The translations under genes and the position numbers were made by a program. Shown here piece by piece: positions 48,482 to 58,328 of a stretch of DNA of 64,000 nt (position 1 is the stretch's first letter; each line of letters begins with the position of its first letter). This DNA is from Candidatus Roizmanbacteria bacterium CG_4_9_14_0_2_um_filter_38_17 (GTDB lineage Bacteria > Patescibacteriota > Microgenomatia > GCA-00278855). Under the pieces are notes generated by a model, which was not told the origin of the DNA, did not search any database, and saw only the letters and a program-made list of their open reading frames with translations. Location: positions 5,467 through 69,466 of the forward strand of contig PFSB01000006.1 in the NCBI GenBank assembly GCA_002788855.1. The letters run 5' to 3'.

Positions 48482-50138
48482 AAGAATAGTTATATTGTTG
48501 GTTATTACAATAATCTCGGTATCGTTGCGGTTTTGGCAGCTAGGCCAGGTGCCACCGTCACCAGACTGGGATGAAGCAGCCTTGGGATATAACGCCTATT
48601 CAATATTGGAGACGGGTAGAGATGAGTATGGGACCTTATTGCCTGTGATTTTGCGTTCCTTTGATGATTATAAGCCAGCTTTATATGGGTACTTAGTAGT
48701 ATCATCGGTGGCGCTGTTTGGTCTTAATGTTTGGGCGGTGCGACTACCCTCTGCATTAATAGGATCTTTGACGGTAGTTATGTCGTATTTCTTGGTTATT
48801 GAGCTTTTCAGACTAGGAGGTAGACAGAAGCAGAGGAAGTTAGCTTATTTAACGGCATTTCTGTTGGCGATTAGCCCCTGGCATTTGCAGTTTTCGCGTA
48901 TAGCGTTTGAGTCTAACGTAGGATTAGCTTTTAACATATTTGCACTTTGGTCCTTTTTAGTAGGGTTGCGTAAACAGATGTTTTTATTTGTTTCAGCTAT
49001 ATTTTTTGCCTTAAGCTTGTATGTTTATCAGAGTGAGAAGGTTTTTGTACCGATGCTACTATTAGTTCTTTTAATAGTATTTTTTGAAAAACTATGGAAA
49101 ATAAAAGGGAAAGTGGTACTAGTTATTGGAGCTCTTCTAATATCTTCTGCTCCTTTTATATATGCAACATTTTCTAACCCAGATGCGCTACTTAGAGCAA
49201 AGGGAGTAAGCGTTTTTGCTGATCAAACACCCTTTTTGGAGACCACAGTAGAAAGACTTATCAGAGATAGGGAGTCTGGGGATTATCTAGGTGTGGTGTT
49301 GGATAATCGTCGAGTAAAATACTCGTTCGAGTTTGCTAAGGGATACTTGTCTCATTTTGATCTAAACTGGTTATTTATTGCTGGTGACCAACCACGTCAT
49401 CAGCCATCTGGTTTTGGGCATTTGTATCTTATGGAGCTACCGTTTATGCTGGCTGGTATTTATGGACTTGTATTTGGGAATTTTTCTCGTAGGACAAAAA
49501 AGCTAATATTTGCGTGGTTCCTCATAACTCCCTTACCCGCTGCTTTTACTACCGGAGTTCCACATCCAATCCGTACACTTAACTTCCTTCCCTTATTCCA
49601 GATATTTACTGCACTAGGATTATTAGTTTTTATAAAAACAATTTTCAATTTTCAATTTTCAATTTTCAATTTCAAGGTTAAATATTTAGTGTTCCTATTG
49701 AGTTTTTTATTTATAATATTCAATTTTCTGTACTATTTTAATCAGTATTTTGTTCAACAGAACTATTTCCTTTCCCAGGTTTGGCAGTATGGATATAAAG
49801 AGGTAGTTGTAGCTGTAGAGGAGGTACAGGATAAATATTCAACGATAGTCGTAACAAATAAGCCTCATCTTGATCAGTCATATATATTTTTCTTGTTTTA
49901 TACGAAGTATAATCCTGCTATGTATCAGGCGGGAGGAGGGACTGTTACAGGAGGATTTGCTGAAACACATACTGGTTTTGGTAAATATGATTTTAGACCA
50001 ATTAACTGGAATGAAGAAGTAAAAGACGGCAGTACATTATATATTGGAAGACCAGAAGATTTTCCAGGGGATGTCAAAGTACTAAAAGAGATTAATTTTC
50101 TCGATGGGACACCTGCTATAAAGATTGTGGAGGGTTAA
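48474..50138 (+). CDS. PMT_2/ArnT-like GT-C glycosyltransferase (paralog 4 of 4)
   Basis: LRFWQLGQVPPSPDWDEAALGYNAYSILETGRDEYG...FDDYKPALYGY. Contains the (CAATTTT)4 repeat. Confidence 0.6.
   Translation: MNKRIVILLVITIISVSLRFWQLGQVPPSPDWDEAALGYNAYSILETGRDEYGTLLPVILRSFDDYKPALYGYLVVSSVALFGLNVWAVRLPSALIGSLTVVMSYFLVIELFRLGGRQKQRKLAYLTAFLLAISPWHLQFSRIAFESNVGLAFNIFALWSFLVGLRKQMFLFVSAIFFALSLYVYQSEKVFVPMLLLVLLIVFFEKLWKIKGKVVLVIGALLISSAPFIYATFSNPDALLRAKGVSVFADQTPFLETTVERLIRDRESGDYLGVVLDNRRVKYSFEFAKGYLSHFDLNWLFIAGDQPRHQPSGFGHLYLMELPFMLAGIYGLVFGNFSRRTKKLIFAWFLITPLPAAFTTGVPHPIRTLNFLPLFQIFTALGLLVFIKTIFNFQFSIFNFKVKYLVFLLSFLFIIFNFLYYFNQYFVQQNYFLSQVWQYGYKEVVVAVEEVQDKYSTIVVTNKPHLDQSYIFFLFYTKYNPAMYQAGGGTVTGGFAETHTGFGKYDFRPINWNEEVKDGSTLYIGRPEDFPGDVKVLKEINFLDGTPAIKIVEG
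49639..49675 (+). repeat. heptanucleotide tandem repeat (CAATTTT)4 plus one degenerate copy (CAATTTC) inside PMT_2-like gene
   Basis: Read directly: aaaaCAATTTTCAATTTTCAATTTTCAATTTTCAATTTCaagg. Confidence 0.95.
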
Positions 50139-51438
50139 AAGTTTTATAGAAATCTTTTGGGACGTAGCTATTTAATAATATTTCTTCGTACTCGGGTAAA
50201 TCTTTGTATTTATCATAAATTTGATTTGTCCGTTTTTCAGTAACGGCAAATATAGTTCCATAATCACCTTTAATCTCTTGCTTGTTTCTGAGAAGATCGA
50301 AGAATACAAGGTTATACCAGATTGAAATACTGATTAATAAAACTAGGACTACTATGGAAGAGTATTTAATAGCCAAGTGCTTGTTTTTTATTAGCCAAGC
50401 AAATGCAGTTCCCAATAAAAGGGCTAAGAATGGGATGAGAGTTACAAAGTAATGCATGTGGGGAACTACTTTGGAAACGAAATAGATTGCTGGGAGCAAA
50501 ATACAGATCCAGACTAGAATTTTAAGCTTAGGGAACTGCTTTAGAAATAAGAACCCCCCTAGGGGAATTAATAGATATTCAAAATAGAAGATTCGACGGA
50601 GACTAAACAGAAGAGGGTAAGAATTTGCCATAGTTAACACATCCTCGCCTAGAATGAAGCGAAAACCACCTTGACTCATGATTTGTAGAGGTCGGAAAAA
50701 GAGAATAAGGTCATAGTTCTCACTAAATCTTTGACTAGCCGCAGTGTACGATGCACACGCAGGGCAGCTATTTCCTAGTTGGAATATAAGATAGGGTATT
50801 AATGGAAGTAGTCCAAGAACAATTCCTATAGCTGAATATTTAATACTAACTTTTCTCTGTTGCACAATAATAAGTAAGCTTACTATCGCTACAAAGTATA
50901 GACTTGGTTGGTGTAGTTGAATTAGTAGTAGAGAGATAAAAGCATAAAGAATCCAGTATCGTGGTTTTTTCTCTTTTACTATTTTGTGAACACTTAATAT
51001 TAATGGAACCATCAAAGGCAAAATGAAGTCCTGTGCCCAAACCTTACGAGAGTAAATAATTGCCCAGGGTGAGAGTGCAATGAATATGCAAGAAATTAAA
51101 GCAGATTTAAACCCATAATAGTGTCTATATACCAAGTATAATAAGCCAATGGTAACTGAATTTAATAGCCCAATCAGCAGTGAAACTATTTTGGGGTTTG
51201 TGCTAATTAAAGCGAACGGGAATAGGATATAATTTAGAAGTGGAGGGTTAACGATTCCAATGCTGGATATTGTTCCTCCAGGAGGCAATGAGTGGCCAAA
51301 TACGGGGCGAGCAGCAAGATAGAGGTTGATTGCTTCATCGCCTTTAAACTCTATTAAATCGAGATTAGTAATACGAAATATAGCAGCTACGAGAGATACA
51401 AAGAGAAAGCTGAGTAATATTTTGTATTTTTGCATCAT
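50116..51438 (-). CDS. ArnT-like GT-C glycosyltransferase candidate, minus strand
   Basis: Loop 1 EFKGDEAINLY (DE motif) after TM1; 440 aa, ~11 TM. 3' end overlaps the convergent 48474 gene by 23 nt. Confidence 0.5.
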   Translation of the reverse strand: MMQKYKILLSFLFVSLVAAIFRITNLDLIEFKGDEAINLYLAARPVFGHSLPPGGTISSIGIVNPPLLNYILFPFALISTNPKIVSLLIGLLNSVTIGLLYLVYRHYYGFKSALISCIFIALSPWAIIYSRKVWAQDFILPLMVPLILSVHKIVKEKKPRYWILYAFISLLLIQLHQPSLYFVAIVSLLIIVQQRKVSIKYSAIGIVLGLLPLIPYLIFQLGNSCPACASYTAASQRFSENYDLILFFRPLQIMSQGGFRFILGEDVLTMANSYPLLFSLRRIFYFEYLLIPLGGFLFLKQFPKLKILVWICILLPAIYFVSKVVPHMHYFVTLIPFLALLLGTAFAWLIKNKHLAIKYSSIVVLVLLISISIWYNLVFFDLLRNKQEIKGDYGTIFAVTEKRTNQIYDKYKDLPEYEEILLNSYVPKDFYKTFNPPQSL

Positions 51439-51459
51439 TAAAATGATAACATAGGCTAA

Positions 51460-53148
51460 ATGAAGAAAAATAGATCTATAATCTTACTACTAATATTTGC
51501 AATCCTTCCTCTGTTTAGCTTATTTCATTCTGGAATGTTTGTCGGACACGATACTCAACTACATGTTGCTAGAATTGCACACTTTTATAAAAGCCTAAAT
51601 GAAGGAATATTAATTCCTCGCTGGGGAGGGGATCTGAACTTAGGTTATGGACACCCAGCTTTTATATTTTATTATTCTCTGACATCCTATGTTGCTTCGG
51701 CGTTTCACTTTTTGGGCTTTTCACTCGTGTTTTCAACTAAGCTTGTGTACGGCCTAGGATTTATGGGTAGTGGCTTGGCAATGTATCTATGGGTGAGACA
51801 GTTATTTAGAGGTAAGGAGGGCCTGCCCGCCGATGAGGCGGGTTTGATTAGTGGGCTATTGTATATGTATGCACCGTATAGATTTGTTGATCTTTATATA
51901 AGAGGGGCAATTGGGGAAAACTTCTTTTTTATCTGGCCTCCTCTTGTACTATACTTTTTAACAAAACTACAAAGAGGTTATAAATTTAAGCATGTACTGG
52001 GAGCTTCTCTTTCACTCACTGCCTTGATTCTATCTCACAACGCCTCCAGTCTTATGTTTTTACCCTTTATTGGCCTATATGGACTGCTACTGGTTCAGAA
52101 AGCTAAGAATAAGATAATGTTTATCGCACACCAGCTATTAGTAGCTGGATTAGGTTTTGGAGTAAGTGCTTTCTTCTGGATACCTGCTTTGTTTGAGAGC
52201 AAGTACACACTGCAGAACGTTATTATGGGAGATGGGATATTTAAGCATTTTGAGCCTTTTTCAAGACTTCTTTATTCTCCTTGGAATCTAGGAGGGACTG
52301 GACAGTTTAGTATCCAGGTCGGAATTATCCAGTGGCTGGTTATGTTGTTAGTAACGTTTATGCTGTTAAAAAGATTCCGTGGTCTATCTTCTACCAAAGG
52401 TCCGGTAAATGATAAATTACTAGTTATTCTTTCATATATAACTTTCTGGGTTGCAATATTAATGATATTGCCTGCATCTAAGCCGGTCTATGAAATAATA
52501 ACCATCTTTAAGAAATTTCAGTTTCCTTGGAGATGGCTATCTTTAGCTATTTTTCCAGCAGCACTACTCTCTGGATATCTCGTACGTATTTTACCCAAAA
52601 AATACTCTTTATTTATTATCTATTGTTTATTGTTTACTGTTCCACTACTGACTGTTAATATGTGGAAGGTGCGTGACTATGACTATAGCCCAGATAGCTT
52701 CTATCTAGATGAGTATAAGGGAACCACTGATTCATCGGGAGAGAATTCACCAGTGTGGTCCATTAGATTTATGGAGCAAACGCCAAAAGCTAACATAGAG
52801 GTTGTTGAGGGTGAAGGTGAAGTACAGGATAAGAAACATAGCTCAATACTGCATGAGTATGAAGTAACGGCTGTAGACGACAAAGTTAGGGTACTTGATA
52901 ACACGCTGTATTTTCCAGGTTGGAGTGTGTATGTGGATGGGAGTAAGCTATTTCTGCATGATGTGTGGTGGCAGGATCCAAATTACAGAGGGCTTATTAC
53001 ATTTTTTGTTCAGAAGGGTCAGCATGAGATAATTGTTAAGTTTGAAAGAACAAAAATACGCTTATTAGCAGAGATTATTTCGCTGGTTAGTATCGGTCTG
53101 TTAGTTAGCTTACCAATGTTTTATAAAGTTCTATGGTCAAAAAAGTAA
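51460..53148 (+). CDS. membrane protein, H-D-x3-H family GT-C candidate (paralog group B, 4 of 5)
   Basis: MFVGHDTQLHVARIA...IPRWGGDLNLGYGHPAFIFYYSL; C-terminal YFPGWSVYVDGSK...GQHEIIVKFERTKIR. Confidence 0.5.
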   Translation: MKKNRSIILLLIFAILPLFSLFHSGMFVGHDTQLHVARIAHFYKSLNEGILIPRWGGDLNLGYGHPAFIFYYSLTSYVASAFHFLGFSLVFSTKLVYGLGFMGSGLAMYLWVRQLFRGKEGLPADEAGLISGLLYMYAPYRFVDLYIRGAIGENFFFIWPPLVLYFLTKLQRGYKFKHVLGASLSLTALILSHNASSLMFLPFIGLYGLLLVQKAKNKIMFIAHQLLVAGLGFGVSAFFWIPALFESKYTLQNVIMGDGIFKHFEPFSRLLYSPWNLGGTGQFSIQVGIIQWLVMLLVTFMLLKRFRGLSSTKGPVNDKLLVILSYITFWVAILMILPASKPVYEIITIFKKFQFPWRWLSLAIFPAALLSGYLVRILPKKYSLFIIYCLLFTVPLLTVNMWKVRDYDYSPDSFYLDEYKGTTDSSGENSPVWSIRFMEQTPKANIEVVEGEGEVQDKKHSSILHEYEVTAVDDKVRVLDNTLYFPGWSVYVDGSKLFLHDVWWQDPNYRGLITFFVQKGQHEIIVKFERTKIRLLAEIISLVSIGLLVSLPMFYKVLWSKK

Positions 53149-53894
53149 CTATATCTGTTGCAATTGCAGTCTATAATGAGGAGAGCAATCTAGCTAGGTG
53201 CTTGAAGTCTGTCAAAGACTGGGTGGATGAAATTGTGGTGGTTGATGGGGGGTCTAGTGATAAAACAGTAGAGATTGCTGAGTCATTTAATGCAATAGTT
53301 ATACATACAGATAATCCCCAGATATTTCATGTTAATAAGCAAAAAGCGATTGATGCGTGTAAGGGGATCTGGATATTGCAGCTAGACGCTGATGAGGTTG
53401 TCACAGCTGAACTTAAATCAGAAATATTAGAAAAAGTAGAAACAGGAGTAGATGGATACTGGATCCCGCGTAAAAATTATTTTTTAGGTCACTGGCTAAA
53501 AAAAGGAGGGGTATATCCTGAATATACGCTTCGATTATATCGAAATGGTAAAGGAAGATTGCCATGTAAAACAGTGCACGAACAGGCGCAAGTCGATGGG
53601 GAGGTGGGATATCTTAAAAGCGACCTGTTACACTACCCATACGCAAATTTTGCGGGGTATCTGGCAAAAGCAGAAGCATACACAAGTCTAACAGCCAGGC
53701 TATGGAAAGATCAGAGTATAAAGATAAATCCCATTACTACCATAAAGTATATGATTGCTATGCCTATCTATACTTTTTTTAACATCTATATTCGTCATTT
53801 GGGAGTGTTGGATTTATTTCCAGGTTTTGTCTGGGCGCTATACTCTGCGTTACATTTTCCCCAAGCATATATTAAACTCTGGAGAAATAAATGA
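53133..53894 (+). CDS. GT2 family glycosyltransferase (paralog of 17997 and 20509 genes)
   Basis: ISVAIAVYNEESNL...IVVVDGGSSDKT...LQLDADEVVT motifs. Confidence 0.78.
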   Translation: MVKKVTISVAIAVYNEESNLARCLKSVKDWVDEIVVVDGGSSDKTVEIAESFNAIVIHTDNPQIFHVNKQKAIDACKGIWILQLDADEVVTAELKSEILEKVETGVDGYWIPRKNYFLGHWLKKGGVYPEYTLRLYRNGKGRLPCKTVHEQAQVDGEVGYLKSDLLHYPYANFAGYLAKAEAYTSLTARLWKDQSIKINPITTIKYMIAMPIYTFFNIYIRHLGVLDLFPGFVWALYSALHFPQAYIKLWRNK

Positions 53895-54382
53895 AATATT
53901 TAGTCATTATACTCATCACGATATGCGCGATTATGCATAGCCCTGTTGCGTATGCCGCTGATTATATTCTTCCTTACCCTTCTTATATGCCTGGTCATAA
54001 GTTATATAAACTGGAGCAAATCTGGGACAGTGCTCAAAAATATTGGCATTTTGGAGATATTGTTAAATTCAAGTATTACCAGGGCTTAGCAGATAAGAAA
54101 TTGGTAGAGGCAAAGGTCTTATTTGAGCACGAGCAGTATCTGCTGGCAGTTGATGCAATTTGGATATCTAATGATAGCTTGGTTAAAGCAGGGGAACATC
54201 TTGGGATTGCAATTAAATCTGGTAAGCAACTAAGTAATAAAGCGGAAATTTATAAGCAAGCTTTAGATAAGCACAAAGAAGAAAGAATAAAACTGAGAGA
54301 GGAGTTGCCGGAAGTCATTATCTGGGAAGATGAAAATAATCCGCCGGTTATGCTAAATATATATGAAGAATTACGTATATAA
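53891..54382 (+). CDS. hypothetical secreted protein
   Basis: Signal peptide MKYLVIILITICAIMHSPVAYA followed by a ~140 aa hydrophilic domain; no recognisable motif. Confidence 0.5.
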   Translation: MKYLVIILITICAIMHSPVAYAADYILPYPSYMPGHKLYKLEQIWDSAQKYWHFGDIVKFKYYQGLADKKLVEAKVLFEHEQYLLAVDAIWISNDSLVKAGEHLGIAIKSGKQLSNKAEIYKQALDKHKEERIKLREELPEVIIWEDENNPPVMLNIYEELRI

Positions 54383-55487
54383 AATATACTTTCTCGTATT
54401 GATAGCTGTAGTTGTATTTAGCTACGGGTTTGTTGATATTAATTTTCCATACCAGAGCTTGGATTTTTTGCATTCTCTAGTCTACGAACAGCGAGTTCTT
54501 TCAACCACAATATATGTAGGTATTATTATGTCTATGTTTGTTATTTATGCTTTGTTGCTAAGTAAAGCAAAAAAGATAAATAGTAGTACTGTTTGGAAAC
54601 TAGTATGGCTCTCTGCGGGAATATTACTGCTTGCTTATCCTGCATTTTCAAATGATATTTTTAACTATATTGCTACAGCTAAGGTCACTTATTTGTATGG
54701 AGAAAATCCCTATTTGGTGATGCCGATAGAGATAGAGAACGAGCCGATGCTTATGTTTATGCATGCAGCAAATAAGTTTGCCTTGTATGGACTAAGCTGG
54801 ATTACATTATCTGCAATACCACATTTTCTTGGATTAAATAATTTACTTCTGACGATGCTCACATTTAAGCTGTTTATTGCTGCTTTTTATATCGGACTCT
54901 GTCTAGTGATCTGGAGATTATCTAGTAAAAATAAGTATTCGCTAATCTTTTTTGCATTAAATCCATTGGTTTTGTTAGAAACGTTTGTTGGGGTTCATAA
55001 CGATGTAGTTGCGATGTTTTTCGCTCTACTTTCGTACTATCTTTTACAAAAGAAGCGTTTGTTCCTCTCGCTCTTAATACTAGTAATATCTATATTTATT
55101 AAATACGCTACTATGTTTCTGCTACCTGTGTATATCTTTGCTTTTGTATTAACCTTAAAAAAGGAAAGCATAAACTGGGATAGGATCTGGAGTTGGTCGG
55201 CAATATCTATGTTTGCTATATTTATGCTTTCGCCACTTCGAGAAGAGATGTATTCGTGGTACTTTATCTGGCCAATTAGCTTTATTGCACTACTAAATTT
55301 CAAAAAAAGGTCTATTGGGCTAGTTACTACTGTATTTTCTTTTGGCTTGTTACTCAGATTCGTGCCATTTATTTATACTAGAGAGTGGGGAGGTATTACT
55401 CCACTGGTGAAAACGCTAGTAACGCTTGTTCCCCCTATTATTGCGCTTATTTATACATACTTGAGAAATGCAGTTAAAAAAACATAG
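54363..55487 (+). CDS. integral membrane protein, putative GT-C/GT87-like (paralog of 8707 gene)
   Basis: FSNDIFNYIATAKV...GENPY parallels FSHDIFNYMFSAKT...GQLPY of 8707..9849. Same length and TM layout. Confidence 0.4.
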   Translation: MKNYVYKIYFLVLIAVVVFSYGFVDINFPYQSLDFLHSLVYEQRVLSTTIYVGIIMSMFVIYALLLSKAKKINSSTVWKLVWLSAGILLLAYPAFSNDIFNYIATAKVTYLYGENPYLVMPIEIENEPMLMFMHAANKFALYGLSWITLSAIPHFLGLNNLLLTMLTFKLFIAAFYIGLCLVIWRLSSKNKYSLIFFALNPLVLLETFVGVHNDVVAMFFALLSYYLLQKKRLFLSLLILVISIFIKYATMFLLPVYIFAFVLTLKKESINWDRIWSWSAISMFAIFMLSPLREEMYSWYFIWPISFIALLNFKKRSIGLVTTVFSFGLLLRFVPFIYTREWGGITPLVKTLVTLVPPIIALIYTYLRNAVKKT

Positions 55488-57081
55488 GTTTGATCTGTTT
55501 TTACTACTTATGTTCGGATTATTTTCGTGGTGGCTGTTTGATAAATCATTTGGTTACGACGGGATTTCGAGTACATTTAGAATAGCACGTCATCAAGTTG
55601 GCGACTTTGCCCTTCATTTGTCTCTTATTCGTTCTTTTTCATGGGGGAACAATTTTCCACCGGAGCTTCCCTTTTTTGCCAGTAAGCCCTTACCATATCA
55701 CTATTTATTTGATTTATCAGTTGGGTTGCTTGAAAGAGCTGGAGTTAGAATAGATATGGCTTTTAACGGACTAAGTATTTTATTTTTTTCTGGTCTTTTA
55801 TTTCTCATATATAAACTACCTCAGGTAATTTTTACTAAAAGTAAATTGTTGGGTTTACTATCTTTAGCTCTATTTTTAGGTAATAGTAGTTTAACTTTTA
55901 TTACATATATTGTTCAGAACGGATTGTCTTTAGGTAAATTATGGTTACAGCCCGATTATTTACATATGGGCCCACTTGATGGATCTTTGATATCAACTTT
56001 TTTTACATTAAATGTGTATCTAAATCAGCGCCACCTTGTTGCTGGACTTTTCATGGTTCTATTTGTGATTTATTTATTATTGGTATCACACTCCAGGAAT
56101 GTCAACCTTGCACATTCCTGGAATGGGTTTAGGTTTATGCTTCTTTTAGGTGTGTTATTGGGAGTTTCGTCTTTAATTCATACACTGGTGATGGTTTCTG
56201 CGTCAATTTTTATTTTCGGATTTTTGGTGTTGGAGAAAAGGTTTCGTGAAATGCTAATTCTTCTTACGCCAGTGGTATTGATTCTGGGAATAAGAATTAT
56301 TCCGGTATTGGGTCAGAATCTAGGTCATGCTTGGATTAATCCTGGTTTTCATGCCGAAAAACCATTAACTTTATTTAATTTTGCTAAATATTGGTTTGTT
56401 AACTTGGGTGTCGGGACTTTAACAATACCTCTAGGATTTTATTTAGCAAACAGAAAGCAAAAAATACTGTTTATGGGCATAGGATTACTGTTTATTATTG
56501 GAAACATATTTCAGCTGGGATTTCGTATTGACCATAATCACAGCATATTTAATTTCGTATTTATATTTACTAATATGCTTAGTGCTTACTTCGTGTATAA
56601 AGTATGGCAAGGTGGAATTTTAAGAAAATTTGTTTCAATTGTTATTGTATTTTTGTTAACTATATCTGGATTGATTAACTTAATGGCTGTTAAAAATGAC
56701 TTTCATTTAGAAATTGCTGATGCACCAAAAGATATGCTTATAGCTTGGGTAAGAGACAATACTGCTCCTGATTCTGTGTTTTTGGCGCCAAGTGAACAAT
56801 TTGATCCAGTGACGCTAGCTGGACGTAAGAATTATTTAGGTAACAGCTATTATTTAGAAGTTATGGGTTATGATTATAGGGATCGAAAGAAAACTGTGCA
56901 AGATTATTTTGAAGCAGATAATATCACCATATTGGAACAGATAAAACAAAGCGGCATAGACTATGTATTGGTTCCAGTAGTACCTCTAGTTGATTTCAAA
57001 TATGAAGTATCGCCCCTGTTTTGGGAGGAAAATGTGAAACTTGTATATGAGGATAATAAACAGAGGCTGTATAAGCTATGA
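55468..57081 (+). CDS. polytopic membrane protein, putative GT-C (paralog of 33249 gene)
   Basis: See 33249. Contains the CATTCC(T)GGAATG palindromic motif at 56083-56125. Confidence 0.4.
   Translation: MQLKKHRFDLFLLLMFGLFSWWLFDKSFGYDGISSTFRIARHQVGDFALHLSLIRSFSWGNNFPPELPFFASKPLPYHYLFDLSVGLLERAGVRIDMAFNGLSILFFSGLLFLIYKLPQVIFTKSKLLGLLSLALFLGNSSLTFITYIVQNGLSLGKLWLQPDYLHMGPLDGSLISTFFTLNVYLNQRHLVAGLFMVLFVIYLLLVSHSRNVNLAHSWNGFRFMLLLGVLLGVSSLIHTLVMVSASIFIFGFLVLEKRFREMLILLTPVVLILGIRIIPVLGQNLGHAWINPGFHAEKPLTLFNFAKYWFVNLGVGTLTIPLGFYLANRKQKILFMGIGLLFIIGNIFQLGFRIDHNHSIFNFVFIFTNMLSAYFVYKVWQGGILRKFVSIVIVFLLTISGLINLMAVKNDFHLEIADAPKDMLIAWVRDNTAPDSVFLAPSEQFDPVTLAGRKNYLGNSYYLEVMGYDYRDRKKTVQDYFEADNITILEQIKQSGIDYVLVPVVPLVDFKYEVSPLFWEENVKLVYEDNKQRLYKL
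56083..56125. repeat. copy A of composite palindrome-containing short repeat (GTATCACAYTCCAGGAATGT / CTTGCACATTCCWGGAATG)
   Basis: 19/20 nt match to 58236-58255; contains inverted repeat CCAGGAATGT-N9-ACATTCCTGG. Confidence 0.7.
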
Positions 57082-58328
57082 AGTTTAAATTAGCGCCATT
57101 ATTAATATTTCTTACAGTTTTTATTGTCTATTTTGGGTTGGGGACAAAATGGACGTTTGAGTCATTATGGGCACTGGATTATTTCAATAATCTAGCGGAA
57201 TCACTATTACAAGGGAAATTGAATATTTCAGAACCAGGAAGTACTTATGACTTAGTGCTATTCCAGGGAGGTTGGTATCTGCCCTGGGGAGCTTTAGTGG
57301 GGTTGTTATTTATCCCCATGCAGTTAATAAAAGGGGGTTACGTTCCGTCTATATATTTAAATGTTCTTATATCGAGTTTGGATGTTGTATTGTTCTATCT
57401 GATTCTAAAGCGCTTTAGAAGAAGCTATTTTCCAGAGTTGGATAAAGTAGCTATCTGGCTAGCAACTGCTTTATTTGCATTTGGTACTACGCATTTTTAT
57501 GTTGGTACTTTGGGAAGCTCCTGGCATACAGATCAGATGATATCTAGTTTTTTTGGTACCGCTGGGATATATATGATTCTGCATGACAAGCGCGGGTTCA
57601 AAGATTATCTATTAGCAAGTATCTGTTTTAGCATCTCGCTTATAGGCAAAGGGACCATTATTATGTTGGGTACTTTGCCAGCGATACTTTATTTCTGGGA
57701 TTTGTATCAAGGTCAGATGAAATTTAAACTAGGTCGTTTTATATTGCTGATTATGCCTGTGGCATTATTTTCGGTTCTGTTTTTGTCTCATAATTATTTG
57801 CGATTTGGCGATCCTCTTGAATACGGTTATTCATATATTAAAGAAGCTCCATACTTAGAGCAGAGGAGGGTGGAACATGATGCTTTTTCGCTGAAGCATG
57901 TTTCTTATAATTTGCACTATATGTTACTTGAAGCACCGAGGTTTAGCTGGAATGAAGGGATTAAAATGGATATTAACTTAAAAGGTAACTCAATATTGTT
58001 ATTAACCCCCTCACTATTTTTTATGTTTCTAGCTCATCCGTTTCGTAGGTTTAAGAACAAGGAATTTAGAGCTGTGCTATCTGCCCTGTGGATAACGATG
58101 TTGTTTACTATTTTACCCAGTCTAATGGTCTATAGCACTGGCTGGATGCAGTTTGGCTATCGATACAGCTTGGATATAACTGCCATATTAGTTTTACTAT
58201 CTATTGTAGGCTTGCAAAGCACATTCCAGGAATGTGTATCACATTCCAGGAATGTGTCAATACTATATAGCTTAGGGATAATGGCAGCAGTATATATGCA
58301 CTACCTTGGAATCACAGCACTCCAATGA
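57078..58328 (+). CDS. polytopic membrane protein, unknown (possible GT-C)
   Basis: ~11 TM; C-terminal region carries tandem 20-nt palindromic repeats. Confidence 0.4.
   Translation: MKFKLAPLLIFLTVFIVYFGLGTKWTFESLWALDYFNNLAESLLQGKLNISEPGSTYDLVLFQGGWYLPWGALVGLLFIPMQLIKGGYVPSIYLNVLISSLDVVLFYLILKRFRRSYFPELDKVAIWLATALFAFGTTHFYVGTLGSSWHTDQMISSFFGTAGIYMILHDKRGFKDYLLASICFSISLIGKGTIIMLGTLPAILYFWDLYQGQMKFKLGRFILLIMPVALFSVLFLSHNYLRFGDPLEYGYSYIKEAPYLEQRRVEHDAFSLKHVSYNLHYMLLEAPRFSWNEGIKMDINLKGNSILLLTPSLFFMFLAHPFRRFKNKEFRAVLSALWITMLFTILPSLMVYSTGWMQFGYRYSLDITAILVLLSIVGLQSTFQECVSHSRNVSILYSLGIMAAVYMHYLGITALQ
58211..58260. repeat. copy B of composite repeat: tandem 20-mers CACATTCCAGGAATGTGT(AT/CA), each a 17-nt palindrome
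   Basis: Read directly: cttgcaaagCACATTCCAGGAATGTGTATCACATTCCAGGAATGTGTCAA. Confidence 0.85.

Noticed and set aside
58220-58259. Resemblance of TTCCAGGAA to the eukaryotic STAT/GAS consensus TTCNNNGAA
   Set aside because: Coincidental in a bacterial coding region; it is interpreted only as a local palindrome or repeat.
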